This document shows positions 1 to 11,061 of a DNA stretch of 64,000 bases, in pieces. The DNA is taken from positions 1,302,001 to 1,366,000 of the forward strand of contig OZ336903.1 in assembly GCA_965287045.1 (NCBI GenBank), given 5' to 3'. The translations under genes were made by a program, and so were the position numbers. This DNA comes from Carcharhinus amblyrhynchos (Eukaryota). The notes beneath the pieces are model-generated. The model was not told the origin of the DNA. It saw only the letters and a program-made list of their open reading frames with translations, and did no database searches. Numbering within the stretch: position 1 is the first letter of the stretch; every line of letters begins with the position of its first letter.

Positions 1-28
1 GTCAAATATTAACTTGGAGGGCGATTAC

Positions 29-61
29 CTGATGGATCAGCCTGGCTGTTTCCTGGTTTGC
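29..61 (-). CDS. Exon 2 (end of leader, (C)[10 protein letters not shown]) of a paralogous SRCR receptor gene that runs off the left edge
   Basis: 33-nt phase 1-1 exon, tttcatttcag acceptor and CAG|gtaatc donor; near-identical to 36621-36653. Confidence 0.8.
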
Positions 62-861
62 CTGAAATGAAATTTTAAAAATTAGTCTTTGCTGGAACAC
101 GAGATGAATGAAACTGTCAAATCCATACATCACAAAATCAACAGCAAGGATCTGTGTTATTTCTTCACTCTATGATTTGTAAGCACTTGCTTTTTTTAAA
201 AAAAGTTTTATTCAAATTACCACATCCGTGATATTATGACTGAATATCGCGGCCTCATTCCTTTTTTTTGAATATATGTTTTAACCACATGTTACCGTGT
301 TCCCAAACAGGGATATTTTGTGTCAGTTAAATCTCCAAATCCACGTTAGCCTCTAGTTTGCATAGTAGAATCAACAGGGCAGCGATTCCTGTCTCTGGTT
401 GGGTTGCTGAAAATTTATAACTTGATCCAGAGAGTAACCATGATAAAGTTACTCGAATATCTCTGCACCACCGTCCATAATACGGACAGTGTGTCAGTTA
501 TTTCCAATGCAGACATTTCGTAGCCATCTTTATTAAAAATTCACAAACAGTATCGCACAACATTCACTTATGTTGTAATCATTGCCAGAATTGTGGGATA
601 ACATTTCAATATTTACTCAAAATTTCACAATTTCAATGGTCCAACTGGAATTTCTGGACCCTCTTCACCCATTCCGTCTTTCTATTTTTTGCTCCACTTT
701 TCAGCGTTCAGTAATTCTCCCACTGAATCAGTGACCCATTTCAAAAACACAGAATAAAGAAAAGTACAGCGCAGAAACAGACCCTTCGGTCCATCAATCC
801 CCTGTCCATCATGATGCCCGACTATGAAAAAAAAATCATGCTGTCTTATTTCCATCTGTAT

Positions 862-1285
862 CGGGGGCTGGTGGCCGGGTTCCGCGCGCGTGGGGACGGC
901 CTCGGCTGGGGTCTTGGGTTCATGTCGCGCTGTCTGTGCCCCCCATGACTTGCCTGGGCTTGTGGGGTCTCGCTGGCTGTCCTGTCTGGGGACGGTGCAC
1001 GTCTCTTTGGCCTGTGCTTGGTGCTGTCTCCACTCACGTTGTCTGTGCCTTTGGGACTTGGGTAGCGGGTTGGCTGTGGGGGCTTGCATTCTGGTCGGTG
1101 TTCTGTGAACTGTGTGTGGCTTTGTGTCCCCTTCTCTGGCCGGGGCCTTCCGCGCGCCCGGCGGGGGAGCGGCGTTTCCGAGGGCTTGTGGGTTTGCTGT
1201 CGAGTGGACCTGTTGGACTTTGGCCTGGTCTTGTGAGACTTCTTACTGTGTTTACCCCAGTCCAACGCCAGCATCTCTACGTCAG
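862..1285 (+). mobile_element. Penelope-like element 3' fragment (GIY-YIG C-terminus and pLTR), A>G hypermutated
   Basis: 3' end matches the pLTR copies at 8248-8371 and 43960-44038; reverting G>A gives a KLIAKFRTHEDGLNRDLGFMSHY-like GIY-YIG tail (family consensus recalled, not searched); absent from the paralogous site near 37445. Confidence 0.75.
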
Positions 1286-2335
1286 ATGTGCAGGTTAGGT
1301 GGATTGGCCGCGCTAAATTGTGACTTAGTGTCCAAACACGTGTAGGTTAGATGGATTGGCCATGCTAAATTGCCCCTTAGTGTCCAAAGATGTGCAGGTT
1401 CGGTGGATTGGCTGTGCTAAATTGCCCCTTAATGTCCTGGGATGTGTCGGTTAGGTGGATTGGCCATGCTAAATTGCCCCTTAGTGTCCTGGGATGTGCA
1501 GGTTAGGTGGATTGGCCATGCTAAATTGTCCCTTAGTGTCCAAAGATGTGTAGGTTAGGTGGATTGGCCATGATAAATTGTCCTTTAGTGTCCTGGGATG
1601 TGTAGGTTAGGGTGGATTGGCCATGCTAAATTGTCCCTTAGTGTCCAAAGATGTGTAGGTTAGGTGGATTGGCCATGCTAAATTGCCCCTTAGTGTCCCA
1701 AAGATGTGTAGGTTAGGTGGATTGGCCATGCTAACTTGCCCCTTAGTGTCCAAAGATGTGTAGGTTAGGTGGATTGGCCATGCTAAATTGTCCCTTAGTG
1801 TCCGAAGATGTGTAGGTTAGGTGGATTGGCCATGCTAAATTGCCCCTTAGTGTCCCAAAGATGTGTAGGTTAGGTGGATTGGCCATGCTAAATTGTCCCT
1901 TAGTGTCCGAAGATGTGTAGGTTAGGGTGGATTGGCCATGCTAAATTGCCCCTTAGTGTCCAAAGATGTGTAGGTTAGGTGGATTGGCCATGCTAAATTG
2001 TCCCTCAGTGTCCAAAGATGTGCAGGCTAGGTGGATTGGCCATGCTAAATTGTCCCTTAGTGTCCAAAGATGTGCAGGTTCGGTGCATTGGCCATGCTAA
2101 ATTGTCCCTTAGTGTCCTGGGATGTGTAGGTTAGGTGGATTGGCCATGATAAATTGCCCCTTAGTGTCCTGGGGTGTGTAGGTTAGGTGGATTCGTCATG
2201 ATAAATTGTCCTTTCGTGCTAAGGGGATGAGCAGAGGTTAGAGGCGGGTTTAGGACCTGAGTGGGATTGTGGTTGGTGTAGACTTGATGGGCCAAATGGC
2301 CTCCTTCTGCACTGTAAGATTCTATGATTCTATCC
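1285..2335 (+). repeat. About 18 x 52-bp tandem array derived from the internal part of an HE1-type shark SINE, followed by the SINE 3' tail
   Basis: Unit gatgtgtaggttaggtggattggccatgctaaattgccccttagtgtccaaa over 1285-2215; tail ...ccttctgcactgtaagattctatgattctat; single-unit SINE at 53700-53960. Confidence 0.9.
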
Positions 2336-2529
2336 ATTTCCTCCTTATTCATGCACCCATCCAGATGCCACTTAAATGTTGCTAATGTGTCAAATTCCAT
2401 CACCTCCACTGGCAGCGCTTTCCAGGCATGCACTACATTCTGAGCTTCTTTCACACATCTTCCTTCAACTTTCCCCCTCTCACCTGAAGCCTGTGCCCCC
2501 TTTCCTCCTGCAACAGGTCACTAATGACA

Positions 2530-2945
2530 CGAACAAGCAATGGAATAGAAGGTGCTGGTCAGCAGCCTGATTTGCTGGAAATCCCAGCCATCACCTGAAT
2601 CATTTGTGTACCGTGTGGATGATACACAGCAACAAATGACCAAAACTCATTCGCAGTTCATACCAAACCCGCCATTCCTACCACCTAGAAGTACAAGGAC
2701 AGACCTACAGCAATGCCCTGAATTGCTCATTCACTTCTAAGTCGGTCAACATGCTGAGTTTGGATAATATCGGGGTTGCTTCATTCTCATGTGAACTCAA
2801 TCCCTAATCTCACTCTGCCTGCACCAGTGCATCATGTACTGCAGCCAGGCGGCAAAAAAGGCTCAGAGATCAATTCCTGATGACATCTGGGTGCAGACAA
2901 TAAATGCTGCCATTGCCAGGGACGTTGACTTCACAAGAATTTGCA
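2530..2945 (+). mobile_element. Degenerate LINE 3' fragment (paralogous copy about 37660-38060)
   Basis: Resembles a common elasmobranch LINE 3' end (...ccaaacccg...ctaccacctagaag...caataaatgctg). Confidence 0.5.
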
Positions 2946-5019
2946 TAATAATAACAAGAGTGTAAAGGCCTTGGCTGAATGTGGGGTATTAACATTTTTT
3001 TTGAAACAGATACAGAGACATGGAAATTTTGCTACTTTAAGATGTAGGTCCATTTAAAGACAACAACACTCCATTAGCATAAAACAGTAAGGCAGCAAAT
3101 GCATCACCCCGTGACCGACAATTCCATCGATCAATAATATTTTAACTTAAACTATGAGACCTAACACGTAATAAATAAATGTCGATGTAATGAGTGGAAT
3201 TAATTAGATAACATCGTATTCGGAGTTGGAAACCACCGTTAAACACTGGGACCGTGTAGCTCGCAGCAGGAAGGACAGATTATGAGTCGCTAGTGGAAGT
3301 ATAATTTTCAAATGTATGGTCACACCAAATTAACACTTGTAAGATATCACATTTAGAATGTAAGCGGACACTTATCCAATCTTTGCGAGACAGGGTGATA
3401 TTTTTCTGGGGTCTGGAGGCCGAAGCTAACGGTACAAAATGGCTCAAAACATTTTACAAGGAAACGGTGGAGTTTGTCAATCTAGAATGAGTGACGAGTT
3501 TTCATAGCTCAGTATAAAGAACAGAAAGTTGAGTGGATACTGAGAGTGTCTGGGAAGAGGGTGATAAGGATCCAGTGATTGATACACAAAGCTGATATTA
3601 GCGTATGGTTTAGAAAGCTTTGTTGTGATTTCTAAAGCTCATTGTTCCAAATAGCAATCAGAAAATCTAATGCTGCCAATTTGCGGAAGAAGACGGATTT
3701 TTAATTTCCCTATTATTTCGCCGCTGCAACTGATATGAAGTATATTGGTTAATATGCCAGTTAAAGCAATGTTTGTCCCACTTAGATTTTAACTTTTCGA
3801 TATTTACAGCCGTGAACACTACTCCAACTCAAAATTTTTTGTTTAACATATGGCAGTTCACTGTCCCACAGGACGACCACACAGCTCCTCCACTGAGAAA
3901 TATCTATCCCAAATCTGCGTACGGATTCTATTGATAGTAACTATAAATTTTACTGGGATTCTGCAAGCGGTTAATTCACGTAGATTGCATTCGGCAATCT
4001 CTGCTATTCAGACAGTGGCGGCGATCTACACCCAGACTGCGCCGTTCAGCTAGAATTTCAATTCATGTCTGTTCCATCTGTACAACAGACCAAGTGCACT
4101 ATTTAATTCTATCTGCTGCCGTATCTGAGTTAGATTACGTGGTAAATCTAAATTTCTTATTCATTTGCTGCTTTGTGGAGACGAATGAACTAAAAATGCA
4201 AATTTGCTCAAAGCATATTCCAATGAGTTTCTACAAGTTAAGCCAACGATTCCAACTCTCACTTCATAACTGCGAGCTAACGGGCGATTCAGTAGCAACA
4301 AAACGTCAAATTTTAATGAGATGGGTTTATTGGGCCTAGGATTTATTACATTGCAACATTACATTTGTTTCTTTTAGAAGACATGTTCCTTCAAGCAAGT
4401 GCAAAGTCCAAAAAGTTTTTTTTTTCAGATTTTATTTCGCGGACTCTCGGTCCTTTCCTGTGTGAAGTGTTTGATAACAGGAATGGGGCAACTTTCTATC
4501 AGTTAACCAACATTTTCAGTGAAATTCGGACTAATGAATATAACCAAAGAGGCACGTTGGGAACCGAGAGAAAATGAACCAACTGAACAACTTAAACAAC
4601 AACCAAGTCAACAACTTAAATCGGAACAAAACTACTTGGCCTGTGGAAGGAGATGAAAGAACATGTCTCGAACTGCCACAGAAAACGGCATGAGAAACAG
4701 AGAACATGAAACCCTGGCATACCTCTTGAGAAATAAAAATAATTAAAACCTGAAACAAATAACTGCATAGAAATATTAATTTAACACATTCTGGTAATAT
4801 TCCGGGAGGAGACATGAGGCAGTTGGGCAACACAGGTCAGCAGGCAAATCATGCATATTTAGCAAATTATATTATCAACATAACAAGATCTGTATTTTCT
4901 TCATATTAATGAAATTAATTAATGCCACAGACCTAGCCCAACACTCTGAAGCTGAGGCACCGATTTTAAACAATTTGTTTGTTTTATCTCTGCACGGGGT
5001 TCAGACGGAAAATGTAATG

Positions 5020-5360
5020 AGAAATAGAACACAGAACAGAGAACATTACAGTACAGGCCCTTCGGCCTTCGATGTTGTGCCGATCAGTGGAACCAATCTA
5101 ATGACCCTCTAACCTCAACTATTCCAATGTTATCCATATGCCTATCCACTGACCATTTGAACGCCCTTAAAGTTGGCGAGTCCACAACTGCTGCAGGCAG
5201 GGCATTCCACGTCCCTACTACCCTCTGAGCACAGAACCTACCTCTGACAACCGTCCGATAATTACCAACCCTCAATTTAATGCTATGTCCCCTCGTGTTA
5301 GTCATCACCATCCGAGGAAAAAGGCTCTCACTGTCCACCTTATCCCATCCTCTGATTAAG
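5020..5360 (-). mobile_element. CR1 LINE 3' end, specific to copy 1
   Basis: ORF 5084-5338 has TRGHSIKL...RVVGTWNALP...AFKWSVDRHM (CR1 ORF2 C-terminus); absent near 40150 in the paralog. Confidence 0.85.
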
Positions 5361-6351
5361 GTCAGATTACAATATCAAGAGAAGCATGGATGAATGGTCA
5401 TCGCCAAAATTCCTGCATTTTTAAACATAGTGAGTTGGCTTCCACTCAAACTCATTTTCAGCAGATTCTAACAGCCACTGCTCTCACTTGTACCAACACA
5501 AATCAAGTAGTCCAAATAGAGGTTTTACAGTAAAATGTTGCCATGCGCGCGTAAAGCATTTCCATTCAATTTTGTGTTTAAATCTCAGCTTGCCTTAAGT
5601 CTCGGCCGAGAAATTAATACATGCATTAATCAGGTGTTCTAAAGTCTAAATACATTTGAAAGGAAATAAGTTATAAAAAGAATCAGGGAATCTAAATTAT
5701 TCACCAACTGAAACTTCCTTTCCTTAAAATCCTAATTCCAATACACACTCATAACAACGAAGGATGTATTTGAATATGCAAGAGCCTTTTCCCTAACTGG
5801 AGCGGAGAATCCAAAACATTGCTGGAAAAAAAAATATAAGCTTCCAGATTTTGATTTGATCGTCCATTTTGATTTTCAACTCCAATTTATTGATTCTGCA
5901 CACCAATGTCAGGTAGACGGCGATCAAAAACAATTTTCATTGGACCTTTGTGGCCTCAGAGCAATATTCGGCAGAAGTGTTAGGCCCCTGGTCCAAACTG
6001 ACTGTGCCGGGTGGAATAAAACCAGTTCAGTCTAACCCCACTAGCCTGTTCTTGGCTCCTTTGTGCGTTACAATACTTCAGACGCAGAAGCAAGTATGTT
6101 TTCAATGTGCTGAGCACTTCTTCATCCTCCAGCTTTTCAGACACTGAACTCGCCTCCTCTCATTGTAAATTGATGTACATTAATATCCTATTACCTCCAG
6201 ATGACACTTATTATTCAAATTATCAACTTTCCCTTACATCAGTCACCAACATTTTTATTATGAAAGCTCAATATATCTGCAAATATGTTAACATTTTATG
6301 TCAATGAATTATCAATAGACATCGGGATACTTTCAATCAATAATAACTCAC

Positions 6352-6397
6352 AGTTGAGAAGCTGCAATGCAATTAGAGTCAGGAAGGAGCGCAGCAT
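6352..6397 (-). CDS. Exon 1 (signal peptide [15 protein letters not shown]) of the paralogous SRCR receptor gene
   Basis: ATG at 6397, 46 nt, T|gtgagt donor; identical to 41157-41202; joins in frame to 29-61. Confidence 0.8.
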
Positions 6398-6650
6398 CGT
6401 CCCGACTGTCGGTTACTGCGATCAGAATTGACTATTCACCGAGTTTTGTACACCGGTACCGGGCTGTCCTTCCAACACTTGCTGGAACACCAAACGCTCC
6501 AGGAATGAATTCTTTGTTCAGGAAATAATGTTTCCTCCCCTCTGACCAATTGATCCTCCCATGTGTGAAATGGTATTTGCGGTTGATAAAAGATACCAAT
6601 GACAGTTCTATCCACCTCCTTGCCCTGTGCGGCTAATGAGGCCTACATTT

Positions 6651-6670
6651 TTGATAAGGAAATGAGTCAC
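6651..6670. promoter_or_regulatory. Candidate GATA/ETS/AP-1 composite site about 260 bp upstream of SRCR exon 1
   Basis: tgataa-ggaa-atgagtca; conserved at 41458-41476. Confidence 0.35.
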
Positions 6671-7929
6671 TAACCCAGCATCGGATTATCGAATCATCAT
6701 ATCTTACAGCACAGACACAGACGAGTGTAGGAAATGCAATTGGTAAATGTTTGTAAATCATATTAAGCCTGGCTTGGACTGGATTATTTAGAATTATTTT
6801 TGTTCTGTTTTACCACTTACGGGCAATTTCCGAGGAAGAGTTGAAGGCCGTGGAGAGAATTAGGGTTAAAATTCCCAGGTTAAACCTGGGACTGCTGTGA
6901 TGTGGAGAAATTGCATAAATTGCATGTCAGATCCTGTCACTTTCCTCAAGAAATCTGTGAGTGAGGGTTCTCACCGACAAGTCCAATCCAATCGGCTGTT
7001 TAAGGCTCCTACAGAGCCCGAATACAGCCTGTATTCACAACCTGATTTTCACATCTTCACAAAGGAAAAGTGAAGGGATTTCACTCCAACAGTAACTCAA
7101 GCAAGAAGTTCAAATCTGTAACATCTAGAATTTTTTTTTCCCCGAGTGAAAACAGACCTTTTGCTCCTTGCTCTGAGAACAACCTCCAAAGTTTTTACTG
7201 TCTTCTATTCAGAGAACAATATTCTCGAAATACAGAAAGCCTAATTCATGTATAATTTTAATATGTAGCACCTCTATACGGAAATCTTAGATACAATGCT
7301 TCTGTTAAAAGACTGTTATTCTCTATTGGGACATAATTACTTTTTAAACATACTTTAGAAGCACCATTACATATCTGAGCGATTTTGCTGCCTCCGCCCA
7401 GTTTAGAGTGACAGAGTTCGGCGGGACTGTGCCGTTCAGAAATATTTCTTATCTGTTGGACAAATGTAATTTTATTTTCATGATCAAATTGACAGTTATT
7501 TGAGTGAATGTCTTTACAGGGCCGCGTTTAGAGAAGGGAGGCCCACGGACATATTTGTTCCATACAGGAAGAAATGATTCCTGAGAAGCTGAGCAATTGG
7601 TGTTGAGTTATACTCTGTCACCCCGAAGCAGCTCACTGTCTGTTCAGAATCAGGACATTCGCTGCGCGTTTTCCTGTGTTGCTGAACAGACAGGAAACAC
7701 CTGGCCTTGTGGTCAGGTCTCTGCTCGCATGTTAGTCGCTGCTAGACTTTAACATTGACAGATTGCAATTGGGCATTCGAACATGGGACATGTAAAACTT
7801 TAAGTACATTCATGAATTCACCAGCAGCATATGACAGAATGGCATCAACAAATACTCCTGATTATCCGGGGCCTCCAGGAATTGAATGTCGCTGAACATT
7901 TTGACATTTCAGTTGTGTTCAAATGCCTG

Positions 7930-9375
7930 ACTGGCTCAATCTGCCTATTAACATTCAGTGCCACAGGCCTGGCCACTTTCACTGTGTCCTTTGAGATTCA
8001 GTGTCTCAGGCTTGGCTGAGGTCACTCTGTTCTTTCAGATTCAGTGTCACATTTCTGGCTGCATTTGAACTGTTGTTTGAAATTCAAGATCTCTGTCCTT
8101 TGAGACTGAGTGTCACAGTCCTGCGCTGTTCACTCTTCCTTTCAGTTTTAGTGTCACAGGTCTGGCTGGGTTTACTGTGTCCTTTGAGATTCATTGTCAC
8201 AGGCCTGGCTGGGTTCATTCTGTCATTTGAAATTCAATGTCACTGGCCTGACGAAGGGGTGAACCCCAAAAACTTGTGGGTTTACTATCAAATAACTGGT
8301 TGGACTTTAACCTGGTGTTGTGAGACTTCTTACTGTGTTCACCCCAGTTCAACACTGGCATTTCCACATCACAGATTCACTCTGTCCATTGAGATTCAGT
8401 GTCACGGGCCTGGCTGGATACACTGAGTTCTTTGAGATTCCTTGTCACAGCCCTGCCGGGGTTCACTCTGTCATTTGAGATTCAGAGACCTGGCTGGGTT
8501 GGAACTGTTATTTGAGATTCAACGCCTGAGGTCTGACTGGGGTCACTCTGTCCTTTCAGATTCAGTGTCACAATCTTGGTATCCTTTCAGTCTGAGTGTC
8601 ACAGGCCTGGCTGGATTCACTCTGTCCTTTGAAATTCAGTTTCACAGACCTGGCTGTGTCTAATCTGTCCTTTGAGATTCAATGTCACAGACAAAATTGG
8701 GTTCAATGCATACTTACATATTCGGTGTCACAGACCTGGCTGCATACACTGTGTCCTTTGAAATTGAGTGTCACAGGCCTGGCTGGGTTCATCTGTTATT
8801 TGAGATTCAGTGTCACAGGCCTGACTAATTCACACTGTCTTTCACAAACAGTGTCACAGGCCTGTCTGGATTTGTTCTGTGCTTTGGGATTCAGTGTCAG
8901 AGGCGTGTCTGAGTTTACTTTGCCCTTTCAGATTCAATGTCAGAGGCCTGGCTTTGTTGGAACTGTTATTCAAGATTCAAGCTCTGAGGCCTGGCAGAGT
9001 TCACATCTACCCTATGAGATCCTACCTCACAGGCCTGGCTGTGTTCACTCTGTCCTTTCAGATTTGGTGTCTCAGGCGTGGCTGGGTTGGAACTGTTTTT
9101 TAAGTTTCATTGTCTAAGGCCTCACTATGTTCACTCTGTCCCTTTGAGATTCTGTGTCACAGGCCTGGTTGGAGTCACACTGTCCTTTAAGATTCAGTGT
9201 CAAAGACGTTGCTAGGTTCACTCTGTACTTTGAGATATAGAATCACATTCCTGGCAGGGCTCACTGTGCTCTGTGAAATTCAGTGTCACAGGCCTGGCTG
9301 CATTCTCGCTGTTCTTTCAGACACAGTGTCATAGGCCTGGCTGGGTTCAATTGTTGTTGAGTTTCAGTGTCCTAA
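7930..9375. repeat. 43-bp minisatellite (roughly 30 degenerate units)
   Basis: Unit gagattcagtgtcacaggcctggctgggttcactctgtccttt; interrupted by a Penelope pLTR at 8248-8371. Confidence 0.9.
8248..8371 (+). mobile_element. Penelope-like pLTR fragment with a degenerate hammerhead-like core
   Basis: ctgacga-aggggtgaacccc-aaaa ... gttggactttaacctggtgttgtgagacttcttactgtg. Confidence 0.65.
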
Positions 9376-9379
9376 CATT

Positions 9380-10560
9380 GGCTGGAGATGGAGGGAGTGA
9401 GGTGGCTAATTGAGTGCAGTGAGGCAGCATCAACTGTAGATGGAGACAGTCAGGGACTAGTTCAGTTCAGTGAGATAGCATCACCAGCAGATGGGCAGAG
9501 TGAGGGGAAACTGAGTGCATTGCAGCAGCACCACCAGCAGATTGGGACAGTGAGTATTCTCACTGGGTGCAATAAGTCAAAGATACCAGGAGATGGAGAC
9601 AGAGAGGAGGTAACTGAGAGGACATGGACAGATTGCTGGAAAGAATGATTGTTGATTTGTTGATCGCAGTGAGGATAATAACAGTGTTTGGGGGACACAG
9701 AGAGATGAATGAAAAGTAGAAGACTGAGGAGAACAGCAGGATGTTACAGGACACAGGTGGATTGGTGAGACATAGTTAGCAGTATGGATAAAAGCAGGGC
9801 TTGGGATGCCAGACAGATTGCTGAAATGTAGTAAATAATGATGATTATCATCAAATTTGGGAGGACACAGAGAGATGGGAGAAAGGCAATAGCAGTGAGA
9901 GTGAGAACAGGAATTGGCAGGACACAGGTAGAATGGTAAAATGTTGTAATGAGTGGGGATAAAGCTAGGAATCTGGAAGGCAGTCAGTTTCCTTTAACGC
10001 AACAAAGAATCAGGATAACAAGAACATTTGTTTGGACAGGTAGACTGGGAAGTGCAATAATCATGGACAATATAGGCAGGATTTGGGAGCAGACAGCCAA
10101 TTGTAATTATCACTAAATAATTTTGTTAGCACGCCGACGGAATGGTGAAGGATTGCAAATGTTGGGGATATATCCAGGATTTCTGTGGACACTGACTGAT
10201 TGCTGTAAAGCAGTTAGAAGTGAGAACATCAGCAGGCTTCTGGAGAACACGGATTAGTGTCGAAATGTTGTAAACAGTGTGGGCAACAGTAGGTTTCAGG
10301 GGGATACAGACAGAATGGTGAAATGTAGTAAACAGTGTGGGTAACAGCAATGTTTTGGAGAACACACACGGATGGGTGAAGTATTGCAAAGAGTGATGGT
10401 AGAGGCAAGATTTAGTAAGCAATGGCAGATTGGTGTAATATAATAAAGAGTGAGGAAAACAACAGGGTTTGGAAGGATGCAGCAAATGGATGAAGTGTGT
10501 TAATCTGTCCGGATAGCAGAGGATTTGTGTCTCTGGGGTAGTGCTGGAATGAAGCATGGT
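9380..10560. repeat. Degenerate purine-rich minisatellites (about 45-55-bp units)
   Basis: Repeated tgagtgcagtgagacagcatcaccagcagatggagac and gaggataacagcaggatttgggaggacacagacagattggtgaaatg motifs; paralog at 45620-46990. Confidence 0.65.
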
Positions 10561-10659
10561 GCTGAATTGAGTAGTTGGGGAAATACGGTTGTGAATGTGA
10601 CGATCCAGAGCATAAAAAAGGAACAGAAATGTATCAAACCGTGTATCTAACTGTCATAA

Positions 10660-11061
10660 TCTTTATTTAATAGTATAAGAATGGAAGCTGCTACAAAATG
10701 GAATTCGAATAGATGTGACAATAATAAGCACCCAATTTTGAATTGTAGTCCCGGCTCTGCTCCATAATGTGATGTGATATAAGAGCTTTAATATGGACAG
10801 TGAAATACCGGATATACATTCTGTTCTGTTTCTCATCGAACAGGATGCAGACTCACTCAAACTGAGAAGAATTTGCAAATTCATAAAAAAAAGAAGGAAT
10901 GAGCGACTGATTCAGAAACTACAATACCGATACCTGGAGTTGAAGGACATTCCACACAGTGATATTTGTGGAAAAGTTAAGGGATCTCCCCTTTGATGTA
11001 ATGCAGAGTCATATATCTGAAGACACCACATCCTGGATTTGGATTTGTTGATGACTATTGC
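10660..11061 (-). pseudogene. Orphan SRCR-gene terminal exon ((G)NSHQQIQIQDVVSSDI*) with 3'UTR and polyA signal
   Basis: Homologous to 20763-21166 including the tttcag acceptor, TGA and AATAAA (+ strand tttatt near 10662); no upstream exons found before the gap. Confidence 0.6.

Noticed and set aside
682-1345. Several overlapping 77-142 aa ORFs
   Set aside because: A by-product of A depletion and base skew in the hypermutated repeat, which removes stop codons
1285-2215. CRISPR-like regular array
   Set aside because: Head-to-tail units with no unique spacers, derived from a SINE, in eukaryotic DNA with no cas genes
8001-9117. Cys-containing repetitive ORFs (also 44332-45730)
   Set aside because: Translations of the 43-bp minisatellite; the unit is not a multiple of 3 and the frames are interrupted
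9322-9328. CACAGTG heptamer within the minisatellite (possible RSS)
   Set aside because: No nonamer at 12 or 23 spacing and no V/D/J segments nearby
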